NCBI GenBank assembly: GCA_964434125.1
Contig: CAYSTF010000001.1
Location: forward strand, 1-28,572
Direction: 5' to 3'
DNA from: an uncultured Gammaproteobacteria bacterium
Lineage (GTDB): Bacteria > Patescibacteriota > Microgenomatia > UBA12405
DNA length: 28,572 nucleotides
The position numbers and the translations under genes were made by a program. Shown here piece after piece: positions 10,077 to 18,346 of this stretch. How positions within the stretch are numbered: the stretch's first letter is position 1; each line of letters opens with the position of its first letter. Below the pieces are notes generated by a model. The model was not told the origin of the DNA and made no database searches. It saw nothing but the letters and a program-made list of their open reading frames with translations.

Positions 10077-11012
10077 ATGAATGAAATCATTAAACAAATA
10101 TTTATAAAAGCTAAGTCTAACCCAAAAAGAATTGCTTTAGCCGACACCCATGACCCTCGAATCCAATCAGCCGCCAAAATAGTTAAAGAACAAAAAATCG
10201 CCAACCCAATCTTACTAACCAACGAATATATCCATGATAACAATGAAATCCAAAAAACCCTTTCACGGCACCTATTTGAATTGCGGAAAGAAAAAGGGAT
10301 TTCTTTGTCAGATGCCCAAAAACTAATAACTCAACCTATTTATTTTGGCACTATGATGGTAAAAAATGGCCTCGCAGACGGACTTGTGTCCGGCGCCGCC
10401 AGTACAACTCATGACACTTTTAAGCCTGCACTTCAAATACTTAAAACAGCCCCCAATCAAAAAATAGTATCCAGTTTTTTTGTTATGGAATTTACTAATC
10501 AAAAAATCGGTCAAGAAGGAATAATGATCTTTGCCGATTGTGGGTTAAATATTAGTCCAAATAGTGAGACTCTTGCCCAAATTACCTCTCAATCGATTGC
10601 CAGTTTTCAGCTTCTAGTTGGGTCCACTCCCAGAGTTGCCCTCCTGTCTTACTCGACTGACAATAGTGGGTCTGGACCCAGCGTTGACATAGTAAAACAA
10701 GCAACCAATATCGTAAAATCGCAACATCCTAACTTAATTATCGAAGGAGAAATTCAAGCTGACGCCGCCATTAGTCCCCTAGTTTCATTTCAAAAAAATC
10801 CTCAAAGCGCTCTTGGTGGTAAAGCCAATATCCTTATTTTCCCTGATTTAAACAGTGGAAATATTGCTTATAAATTAGTTGAAAGATTATCAGGAGCTAA
10901 AGCCTATGGACCGATATCACAAGGGATTTCACGACCAGTAAACGATCTCTCCCGCGGTTGCAGTGTTGATGATATTGTTGCCACAATCGCAATTACGGCA
11001 GTCCAATCTTAA
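10077..11012 (+). CDS. pta: Phosphate acetyltransferase (short PTA_PTB type)
   Basis: ADGLVSGA, FADCG, LSYST, GEIQADAA, FPDLNSGNIAYKL, GPISQG and NDLSRG motifs. Confidence 0.9.
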   Translation: MNEIIKQIFIKAKSNPKRIALADTHDPRIQSAAKIVKEQKIANPILLTNEYIHDNNEIQKTLSRHLFELRKEKGISLSDAQKLITQPIYFGTMMVKNGLADGLVSGAASTTHDTFKPALQILKTAPNQKIVSSFFVMEFTNQKIGQEGIMIFADCGLNISPNSETLAQITSQSIASFQLLVGSTPRVALLSYSTDNSGSGPSVDIVKQATNIVKSQHPNLIIEGEIQADAAISPLVSFQKNPQSALGGKANILIFPDLNSGNIAYKLVERLSGAKAYGPISQGISRPVNDLSRGCSVDDIVATIAITAVQS

Positions 11013-11017
11013 ACAAT

Positions 11018-11809
11018 CTAGCGCCAGCTAGTGGTCATTAATATTCCTAAAACAACAGAGAAAGTAATCCAAATAAATGTTATCCAATTTTTTTTAAACA
11101 ATCGACTTCTTAATTCCAATTGAATTAAACTAGCAACAATATATACAAAAGCCACCAAATAAATTGATCCCTTAAAAATGCCAACTGGCCAAAAAGAAAA
11201 AACCAATCCAAGCTGAGCTATTAAAAATGATGGGATTAAAACATAAGCCCAAAAGTTTTTCTCCTTACCATCATCTGCCAACTCTATAGTAACACTATAA
11301 AAAATATACATAAAAATTACTACCGATACTAAAAACACATAAATCGTATTTAACCAATAAATTAATTTAAAGGAAAACAGACTGTCGAACAAAAAAAAAG
11401 CGGTTATCAACACAATCATAAAACCAACAGTAAACGCTGCCCTATACAAAGGCGGTGTTCTGTTTCCAATAGCTACTAAAAATAAGTTTTCTACTAGAAA
11501 AGTAACATAAGCCATTACCCCAAAAAATAAACTAGTTAAAAATACTGTCAAAAAATTTTGTGGTAATAGAGCAGCAAACAATCCGAACCCCACAAAAAAA
11601 CCAACAGGCAAAACTACTGACATTAATCTTATATATAGACTTTGGCTAAAGATGATTCCTAATCCAAACCAAAAACAAAAAGCCACCAATACAATCCCAA
11701 CCAACAATCCGTAATAATGTGAAGAATAAGGTAAATTAACAAACAAATAAAACCCTACTGATGCCACCAAAGAGGAAATAAAATATCTAATTTTTTTAGG
11801 CATAATCAA
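11018..11809 (-). CDS. Conserved-looking integral membrane protein, unknown function
   Basis: About 8-9 hydrophobic segments; start overlaps the yebC stop (an ATG at 11803 is an alternative start); codon bias matches neighbours. Confidence 0.75.
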   Translation of the reverse strand: MIMPKKIRYFISSLVASVGFYLFVNLPYSSHYYGLLVGIVLVAFCFWFGLGIIFSQSLYIRLMSVVLPVGFFVGFGLFAALLPQNFLTVFLTSLFFGVMAYVTFLVENLFLVAIGNRTPPLYRAAFTVGFMIVLITAFFLFDSLFSFKLIYWLNTIYVFLVSVVIFMYIFYSVTIELADDGKEKNFWAYVLIPSFLIAQLGLVFSFWPVGIFKGSIYLVAFVYIVASLIQLELRSRLFKKNWITFIWITFSVVLGILMTTSWR

Positions 11810-12510
11810 TTATAATCAAAACCCGCAAAAACCCCAAGAACATCATCGTTATCTTCTAATTCTTCAATAAAATCCATAATCTTATTAAAGTCATTTTCAT
11901 TTTTTATTTGGATTGGATTTTTGATTCGATACACTACTTCTGATTTAACCACCCTAAGACCCGATTGTTCTGTTTTTTTGACAAATTCGTTAACCAAAGA
12001 TGATTCCACTATGGCAATATTTTCATCAAAGTCAATTGCCCCAAAATCAATCAAATTTAGCTGGTCTTCTTCGGTAATCTTTTCAAACTCCACTTCACCA
12101 ACCCTATCAAATTGGAACATCACAGAATTAGTCTCACCCAACGCACCTTCATAATTTTTAAAAATTAATTTTATTTCTCCCAAAATTCTGTTCTTATTGT
12201 CTGTTTCGGCTTCAATTATGACTGGCACTCCAAAAGGACCATAACCCTCCAAAATTACTGCCACCAAATTATCTTTTCTTTCTTCAAATCGAGCCAACAA
12301 TCTCTCAATGTTCTCCTTAGGCATATTGGCCTCTCTTGCTTTATCTATCGCCACTTTCAAAACTCCATTAACATCTGGATCACCAGACCCACCACCCAAA
12401 CGAATTGCTGTCAGTATATTTTTTGAAATTTTAGTAAAGGCCTCACTTCTTTTTTTATCTTGAGCCCCTTTTCTATTTTTAATATTATTCCATTTAGAAT
12501 GTCCTGACAT
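11806..12510 (-). CDS. yebC: YebC/PmpR family protein
   Basis: N-terminal MSGHSKWNNIKNRKGAQD, plus MPKENIER and EGYGP motifs. Confidence 0.95.
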   Translation of the reverse strand: MSGHSKWNNIKNRKGAQDKKRSEAFTKISKNILTAIRLGGGSGDPDVNGVLKVAIDKAREANMPKENIERLLARFEERKDNLVAVILEGYGPFGVPVIIEAETDNKNRILGEIKLIFKNYEGALGETNSVMFQFDRVGEVEFEKITEEDQLNLIDFGAIDFDENIAIVESSLVNEFVKKTEQSGLRVVKSEVVYRIKNPIQIKNENDFNKIMDFIEELEDNDDVLGVFAGFDYN

Positions 12511-12517
12511 AAATTAT

Positions 12518-13321
12518 TTATTTCATGTAACTAGGATATTCTATCATTCTTGAAAAATTACTATCAAAATAAATTTCAATCTCGTTTCCATTTAAATCAA
12601 AATTTTGTTGGACATCACAGTTTAATATTTTCTTTATCATAGACAAAGAAAAAGTTGTACTGGCCTCCTTGCCATATCGTATCTGACAATTTTTCTTTTG
12701 GTCGCTAAAATCATTACCAACTGAAACAACCGAAAAGCCAAGTCGTTCAAGCCTTTTAGACATAAAAGAAGCTAAACCAGTGACATCAGTAGTATTTATT
12801 ATCGATAATTTAACATCTTCATAGATAATTTTTGTTTCGGCAAAATCTCTTACAATTATCTCATCGAGAAAATCATCACTCAAATCTATGTCTTTTTTAA
12901 CCAATTCTTCTTTTACCAAAAAATTATTATAAAAGATCAGTTTCCACCAATACACATTTTTCCAATCATCAGTCTTATTTAAATATAAAAGTTTATCTGC
13001 TTTGTATCCGAAATTAAAAAAAATAATATCGCTTAACAACCCTACCTTTTTCTCTTGGTATAGAATTTTTTTTAATGCAACATTACGATACCAGCTTAGA
13101 CCACCAGGAATCCACACCTTTGCTTCCGGATCAACTTTTAAGACATTTATCATTTTTCTTTCTTTAGAAATTGATACCAAAGCAACACCATCGTCTGCCA
13201 AAATACCTAGTTTAAAATCACTTCCCTGGATTTCTTTATTTTTTAAAAAAATAAAAATTGTCAATCCCAAAAAAGATACAAACACCAAAAATATTAAAAT
13301 TATTTTATTATTGTTTTTCAT
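12518..13321 (-). CDS. Membrane-anchored protein with a LytR C-terminal domain
   Basis: N-terminal TM helix; C-terminal IINTT-x-x-x-GLAS...LERLGFSV-x-x-VGN...IEIYF pattern resembles LytR_C. Confidence 0.7.
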   Translation of the reverse strand: MKNNNKIILIFLVFVSFLGLTIFIFLKNKEIQGSDFKLGILADDGVALVSISKERKMINVLKVDPEAKVWIPGGLSWYRNVALKKILYQEKKVGLLSDIIFFNFGYKADKLLYLNKTDDWKNVYWWKLIFYNNFLVKEELVKKDIDLSDDFLDEIIVRDFAETKIIYEDVKLSIINTTDVTGLASFMSKRLERLGFSVVSVGNDFSDQKKNCQIRYGKEASTTFSLSMIKKILNCDVQQNFDLNGNEIEIYFDSNFSRMIEYPSYMK

Positions 13322-13982
13322 ATAGACTTAAATGTTGTTTCAAATCCTCTGCAAGCGGAGAATTAAATTTTAATCTTTCCCCTGTTTTAGGATCGCCAAT
13401 AGACAATTCATGTGAATGTAAAAATGGTCTTTTTAAAATATCAACTTCCCCACCATATAAACTATCACCGACCAAAGGCCATCTCAAATGACTCATATGA
13501 ACACGAATTTGATGGGTTCTTCCAGTTTTAAGATTAATATCTAACAAACTATATTTTTTATTATTTCTTACATATCTATCAATTAGTGTAAATTCCGTTA
13601 AAGCGTTTTTTCCATCAACATTTACCCCAAATTTTCCAAAACCAAACTTAGATCTTTCAATCGGCCAGTCAATCGATCCATCCATCGAAGTCTCACCTCC
13701 AACCAAACAATAATATTTTTTACTTACTAGTCTGTTTTTAAATTGTTGTTTAAAAAAAATTAGCGACTTATTGTTTTTTGCGATTAATACCAATCCCGAA
13801 GTACCTTTATCCAACCGATGAACAATTCCATTTCTTGGTAAATCATTCTGTTTGAATTCTATCAACCAATCTTCAAGTGTCCCTTCTTCGTTTTTTCTTT
13901 CTTTAGTAGTTGTCATCCCTGTAGGTTTATCCACTACCAAAAAATCTTTATTTTCAAATACTATTTTGACCTTTTGATCCAT
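13308..13982 (-). CDS. RluA-family pseudouridine synthase
   Basis: Motifs DKPTG, HRLDKGTSG (catalytic Asp), GRTHQIRVH and GDSLYG. The start is more likely ATG at 13982 (MDQKVKIV) than 14024. Confidence 0.93.
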   Translation of the reverse strand: MDQKVKIVFENKDFLVVDKPTGMTTTKERKNEEGTLEDWLIEFKQNDLPRNGIVHRLDKGTSGLVLIAKNNKSLIFFKQQFKNRLVSKKYYCLVGGETSMDGSIDWPIERSKFGFGKFGVNVDGKNALTEFTLIDRYVRNNKKYSLLDINLKTGRTHQIRVHMSHLRWPLVGDSLYGGEVDILKRPFLHSHELSIGDPKTGERLKFNSPLAEDLKQHLSLYEKQ

Positions 13983-14347
13983 ATTTGAGACAAAAATATT
14001 ATAATCCCTATTTGTATTATCCAATCTGCCAAATTATTATATATTATTCCTAATTTCCAATAATCTTTAACATAACCCAAAAATAGTCTGTCTACAGCAT
14101 TGACCCACCCCCCCACTACAATTAGGTTAAGTCCAAAATAATTATATTTCCACCAATATTTTGTTAACAAAATAACAAAAAAAACATTTAGAAAAACAAA
14201 AAACCAACCTTTAACGCCAAAACTAACACCATAATTTTTTACAACGTCCCCTAACGTTGATAACCAACAATGAAATCCTTCTATTATTAAAAATAAAGCT
14301 AAAGTTGCAACTATTTTAAGCTTCTTTTTCTTTTTGACATTTAACAC
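13961..14347 (-). CDS. lspA: Lipoprotein signal peptidase II-like protein
   Basis: NYGVSFG, GGWVNAVDR, GYVKD and NLAD match the NxG, GNxxDR, VvD and FNxAD motifs, with both catalytic Asp present; lspA-rluA synteny. GTG start is uncertain. Confidence 0.8.
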   Translation of the reverse strand: MLNVKKKKKLKIVATLALFLIIEGFHCWLSTLGDVVKNYGVSFGVKGWFFVFLNVFFVILLTKYWWKYNYFGLNLIVVGGWVNAVDRLFLGYVKDYWKLGIIYNNLADWIIQIGIIIFLSQIWIKRSK

Positions 14348-14702
14348 ACGTAGTTGCCAAGGGATTAATTGCTAACCTATCAGTATCAATCATTTTTCCA
14401 CAACTTTCACACAACCCATATTTACCGATTTTGATTCTAGTTAGCGCCTTTCTTAGTTGTACAATCCTTTTATTCAAAAATTTTGCTTTAACTTCAGTTT
14501 CAAAATGATCAATTTGTTCGTCCAAATCCTCTTCAAGTGAATTTTCTAATACTCTATTAGAATCCAAAAAGGGATCAGCCTTCTTTAAGTTTTTCTTAGC
14601 TCGTTTAGATTTTAACAATTCAGCCTCTAAAAAACGCCTAATTGGCGATAATAACCTTTGAGGAAAACTTATTTTAAATTTTTCTTGATTTTCTTGTTTC
14701 AT
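14316..14702 (-). CDS. DksA/TraR C4-type zinc-finger protein
   Basis: Coiled-coil followed by YGLCESCGKMIDTDRL...ATTCVKC. Confidence 0.9.
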   Translation of the reverse strand: MKQENQEKFKISFPQRLLSPIRRFLEAELLKSKRAKKNLKKADPFLDSNRVLENSLEEDLDEQIDHFETEVKAKFLNKRIVQLRKALTRIKIGKYGLCESCGKMIDTDRLAINPLATTCVKCQKEKEA

Positions 14703-15340
14703 AATTTTACTTTTTTTAGGATATACAATCCTACTCCCGAAATCAAACTAATAATTGAAGCTAATACTATACTTAATCGATTATCTTTAAGTATAATTAA
14801 AACAATAACTACCGCCAAAAAGAACAATAAGTTATTAAATAAAAGGACAAAACCCTTTCTGCCACTTTTATACCAAGCAAAAGAACGATATCTTTTTTTT
14901 AACCAATTAACAAAAAAAATATCAACAACCAACAGAGTCAAGAAAAGCATTGGTCTTATATAAAAATCCGACCTCACCCACTCATCAACCATCAATAAGC
15001 TAGAAAAAATCAATGTTGGTTTTACGATATCATCCAATAAAGATAAAAACTTCCACTGATTTTTATTTGCAACCATCAAAGTTACTAAGACTAATCCCAA
15101 ATAGCTGCCCAAGTAATTTGTTCCCGGCTTATTCCAAACCGACAACCAATCTAGCCAGGAGTTATTCCAAACACCCCAATTTACCAACCCATATACAATT
15201 CTTCCTCCAAACAAAAAACCCAACAAGGCAACCCAGGCATAATTTATTACCTTATCATCGCCATAATCATCTCTCAAATCCCTCCATAACAAATACATAA
15301 AAATAATTAACCCCAAGACTCTAAATATTCCTAAACTCAT
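14699..15340 (-). CDS. Divergent prolipoprotein diacylglyceryl transferase-like membrane protein
   Basis: N-half resembles Lgt (GGRIVY...W...G-x-x-Y-x-G) and lies in an operon with lspA, but the GRxGNF and HPxQLYE motifs cannot be found. Confidence 0.6.
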   Translation of the reverse strand: MSLGIFRVLGLIIFMYLLWRDLRDDYGDDKVINYAWVALLGFLFGGRIVYGLVNWGVWNNSWLDWLSVWNKPGTNYLGSYLGLVLVTLMVANKNQWKFLSLLDDIVKPTLIFSSLLMVDEWVRSDFYIRPMLFLTLLVVDIFFVNWLKKRYRSFAWYKSGRKGFVLLFNNLLFFLAVVIVLIILKDNRLSIVLASIISLISGVGLYILKKVKL

Positions 15341-15386
15341 AACTTATTTTATCATTATTTAACCAGCTAAAAAGTAATAATTAAGT

Positions 15387-15392
15387 TATAAT
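15387..15392 (+). promoter_or_regulatory. -10 element of the tRNA-Leu locus
   Basis: Perfect TATAAT 15 nt upstream of the tRNA 5'-fragment copy at 15408. Confidence 0.55.
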
Positions 15393-15407
15393 AAACTACT
15401 TTCCCGA

Positions 15408-15457
15408 GCCGAAGTGGCGGAACTGGCAGACCTGCCTGCCGGCAGGCAGGCGCGCAC
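15408..15457 (+). pseudogene. Duplicated 5' fragment (30 nt) of tRNA-Leu interrupted by a 20-bp palindrome
   Basis: GCCGAAGTGGCGGAACTGGCAGA (15408-15430) plus CGCGCAC (15451-15457) is identical to 15726-15755; insert at 15431-15450. Confidence 0.92.
15431..15450. repeat. Perfect 20-bp GC-rich palindrome CCTGCCTGCCGGCAGGCAGG
   Basis: Exact self-reverse-complement; absent from the intact tRNA copy. Confidence 0.95.
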
Positions 15458-15466
15458 AATATAAAC

Positions 15467-15721
15467 ATGTTTTATGTATACGTATTAAAAAGTCTGAAAA
15501 CCGGAACCTTCTATAAAGGACTAACAAACAATATAGAAAAAAGAATTAAACAACATGAACAAGGTCAATGTTTATCTACAAAAAACATCTTACCTATTAC
15601 ATTAATACATGTTGAGATATGCTCTTCTAGATTAGAGGCCAGAAAAATGGAAAAATACTTAAAATCTGGTTATGGTCGTGAGATAATAGAAGAACTCTTA
15701 GAAAGAAACTTAAAAATTTAA
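15467..15721 (+). CDS. Stand-alone GIY-YIG nuclease (84 aa)
   Basis: FYVYVL...FYKG motif pair, conserved Arg (KRIKQH) and catalytic Glu (ARKMEKYLKSG); catalytic domain only. Confidence 0.92.
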   Translation: MFYVYVLKSLKTGTFYKGLTNNIEKRIKQHEQGQCLSTKNILPITLIHVEICSSRLEARKMEKYLKSGYGREIIEELLERNLKI

Positions 15722-15725
15722 ATCA

Positions 15726-15809
15726 GCCGAAGTGGCGGAACTGGCAGACGCGCACGACTCAAAATCGTGTGGTAGCAATATCATGGGGGTTCGATTCCCT
15801 CCTTCGGCA
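15726..15809 (+). tRNA. tRNA-Leu (anticodon CAA); CCA not encoded
   Basis: Acceptor GCCGAAG/CTTCGGC, D-stem GCG/CGC, anticodon stem CACGA/TCGTG with loop CTCAAAA, long variable arm (TGGTA-GCAA-TATCA), T-arm GGGGG-TTCGATT-CCCTC, discriminator A. Confidence 0.96.
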
Positions 15810-15818
15810 CTTAAAATA

Positions 15819-17123
15819 TTACTTCTTCTCAATATCAAAGAAACTAACTTGTTTACCATTGAAATACAAATTAAAACTATTTGTCGGACCGTTTCGGTGT
15901 TTTTCAATACTGCAAGTAACCATTTCTCTAATTTCCTCATCTTCTCGATACAAAAACATCACCACATCAGCATCTTGCTCAATACTCCCCGATTCTCTTA
16001 AATCAGATAGCCTCGGTTTACCACCTCTTGCCTCCATCGCTCTTGATAACTGAGCCAATGCCAATATTGGAACTTTTAACTCTCTAGCTAAATTTTTCAA
16101 CCCTTGAGAAATTTCCGAAACCTCTTGAACTCGATTATCCCTAGTATTTCCGTGCATCAATTGTAAATAATCAACCACTATAAATTTTATTTCCTTGTCA
16201 ACTTGTAATCGTCGAGCCTTAGTCCTTAATTCAGTGACGGTTAAGCCTGGAGTATCATCAATAAAAAGAGGGGCGTCAGCCAATACCCCCATCGCTTCTG
16301 ATAAAGAATCAAAATCGCCCGAAGACAATTGTCCGGTTTTTAATTTCCAAGCATCAATCATTCCCTGTCTCACTAACAACCTGTCAACCAACTCCTCTTT
16401 ACTCATTTCAAGCGAAAACATACACACCGGCATTTTTTTTTCTACTGCAACATATCGAGCAATATTTAGTCCAAAGGCAGTTTTACCAACCCCTGGTCTA
16501 GCCGCCAAGATTATTAAGTTACTGTCTTGCATGCCAGCCAGAATACTATCCAAACCCTTAAATCCAGTTGGTACCCCTCTCAAACCAGTGCCTAGTTTTT
16601 GTAATTCATCAAGCCGATCAAAACTAGCAGTTAGAACATCCTTCAATGAAGTGGGAACTGATTTTAAATGTTTTTGAGATAAAGAAAAAATTTCTTGTTC
16701 AGCAACATCTAACAATTGATCAGCTGGTAAGGTCGAATCAAAAGCCTTTTCCGTAATCCTTCCCGCAGCTGATATTAATTCTCTTTTTGCAGACAAGGCT
16801 TTAATTATTTTGCCATAGCTTTCAACATTAGCCGCAGTCGGCACTTCTCCAGCCAACTTAGTCAAAAAGCTTTTCCCTCCAACTTTTTTAAGCAGTTTTT
16901 GTTCTTTTAATTTTTCTGAAACTGTAATTAAATCAAGGGGCATCCTCTCTTCATAAAGATCCATCATCGATTGATAAATCTTGCCATAATTTGAATTGTA
17001 AAAATGTTCTGATCGTAAAAATTCTGAAACTGCCAAAACAGCATCGTTGTCAATCAATATCGAGCCCAAAACACACAACTCGGCTTCTTCTGAATTAGGC
17101 GGTATTCGGATAATTTCCTCCAT
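15819..17123 (-). CDS. dnaB: Replicative DNA helicase
   Basis: N-terminal PPNSEEAE, Walker A AARPGVGKT, FSLEMS, DYLQLM and DLRESGSIEQDAD motifs. Confidence 0.97.
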   Translation of the reverse strand: MEEIIRIPPNSEEAELCVLGSILIDNDAVLAVSEFLRSEHFYNSNYGKIYQSMMDLYEERMPLDLITVSEKLKEQKLLKKVGGKSFLTKLAGEVPTAANVESYGKIIKALSAKRELISAAGRITEKAFDSTLPADQLLDVAEQEIFSLSQKHLKSVPTSLKDVLTASFDRLDELQKLGTGLRGVPTGFKGLDSILAGMQDSNLIILAARPGVGKTAFGLNIARYVAVEKKMPVCMFSLEMSKEELVDRLLVRQGMIDAWKLKTGQLSSGDFDSLSEAMGVLADAPLFIDDTPGLTVTELRTKARRLQVDKEIKFIVVDYLQLMHGNTRDNRVQEVSEISQGLKNLARELKVPILALAQLSRAMEARGGKPRLSDLRESGSIEQDADVVMFLYREDEEIREMVTCSIEKHRNGPTNSFNLYFNGKQVSFFDIEKK

Positions 17124-17126
17124 ATT

Positions 17127-17705
17127 TTAATTATTCTTCAATAATTTTATCTCTAAGCCATCAGGTAAATCATCTTGTTTTTCTAATTTTAACGAATCGG
17201 TTTTTTCTAGACCTTCCTCATCAGCTTCATCGAGAAATTTTTCTAAAGACTTATCGTCCTCTTCAATTGGTATTAAATAATTTGCTCCCCATTTTTTTGC
17301 CCAATCTTTAACTAATTTAAAACTACAACCGTCTCCAATTTTAGTTGGAGCCAAAAGAATGTCGGTTGAGTCAATTTTTTCGATTCTTTTTGGGGTTAAT
17401 TCTTGGTTTATCCTACCTAAAACAACTAATATAAAACTGTCTATCACAATTCTATAAACCGTGTTACCGTCTTCACCGTTTATCCCAATTATTTCAACCC
17501 CTCCAATTTCATATTCACCACCACCTCGGATAATAATCTTTTCATCATTAGTCAAACTCATTTGGTTAAAATCACCATTAGTATACACAATAATTCTTGA
17601 CGTATTCTTGTTTTCAATAATTTCTTTTTCAGTTGGATCAATTAAAATATTTTCCTTTTTCCCTTTCAAAAAAATAGTTGATTTATTCAAAAATTTTATT
17701 TCCAT
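17127..17705 (-). CDS. Metallo-beta-lactamase-fold-like protein lacking the metal-binding residues
   Basis: Pattern IKFL...IDP...GGEYEIGGV...NTVYRI...DILL-x-P...LIP fits the Lactamase_B_3-like family. ATG 17705 is preferred to 17723 because TG-C-TAGAAT lies 8 nt upstream. Confidence 0.6.
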   Translation of the reverse strand: MEIKFLNKSTIFLKGKKENILIDPTEKEIIENKNTSRIIVYTNGDFNQMSLTNDEKIIIRGGGEYEIGGVEIIGINGEDGNTVYRIVIDSFILVVLGRINQELTPKRIEKIDSTDILLAPTKIGDGCSFKLVKDWAKKWGANYLIPIEEDDKSLEKFLDEADEEGLEKTDSLKLEKQDDLPDGLEIKLLKNN

Positions 17706-17890
17706 ATAGACCCATTCTAGCATTTAAACCACCCCAAAACTAGCTCAGAAAACAGTCAATTTACAAACCAAACAATATTTTTCAGATATTTTCCATAAAT
17801 CTCCCCAATCGTACTTCACTACTGCTTCTCTAATATGTATTTGTTCTATCACAAAAGACATCCTTTTATGTTATTATCAAAGATAATCCC

Positions 17891-18343
17891 ATGATTAAAG
17901 AATTATTATTAGCAATTATTATTGGCGCCCTATTGGGTTTTGGTGTTACTGGCGGATACCTTACCTTACACCAAAAAAACCAAACTCAAGTGCCTGTAAT
18001 TATTAGCCAACCAACTACCATTCCTACTCTGACCGTTACCAATACTTCAGATTCAGGTATAGACAAAACAACCAACGACAAACTAACTATAGTTTCACCC
18101 GAAGACAATCTTTTAGTTTTCAAAGAAAATATAAATATCGCTGGCAATACCACAAACAATAGCCAAATAATCATTAATACTGCAACCGAAAATTTTATTG
18201 GACAAAGTGACCAAAATGGGGCTTTTGATATTCCTATTAAACTACAAGGTGGTTTAAATATTATTAAAATTAGTGCTATTGATGTTGATGGCAAGCAAAT
18301 AGATACCGAATTAAATGTTACCTATTCAACAGCTAAAATATAA
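17891..18343 (+). CDS. Membrane-anchored protein with an Ig-like (Glucodextranase-B-like) domain
   Basis: N-terminal TM helix, P/T-rich linker, and the pattern LTIVSP...INIAG-x-T...NGAF...L-x-x-G-x-N-x-I-x-I-x-A. Confidence 0.65.
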   Translation: MIKELLLAIIIGALLGFGVTGGYLTLHQKNQTQVPVIISQPTTIPTLTVTNTSDSGIDKTTNDKLTIVSPEDNLLVFKENINIAGNTTNNSQIIINTATENFIGQSDQNGAFDIPIKLQGGLNIIKISAIDVDGKQIDTELNVTYSTAKI

Positions 18344-18346
18344 ATA

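Larger units (their letters stand above)
15408..15755 (+). mobile_element. Putative minimal tRNA-targeting element: GIY-YIG ORF between 30-nt tRNA direct repeats
   Basis: Direct-repeat architecture and the nuclease ORF are seen directly; mobility is inferred. Confidence 0.55.

Noticed and set aside
15710-16053. ORFs overlapping the tRNA and the dnaB 3' end (15710-15940, 15732-16001, 15769-16053)
   Set aside because: Shadow frames of a well-formed tRNA and of dnaB.
16195-16677. 160-aa antisense ORF within dnaB, and similar antisense or alternate-frame ORFs inside gyrB, gyrA, xer, the ABC gene, yebC, htrA, ctpA and cysS
   Set aside because: Fully nested in conserved genes, with no motifs or start signals; typical shadow ORFs.
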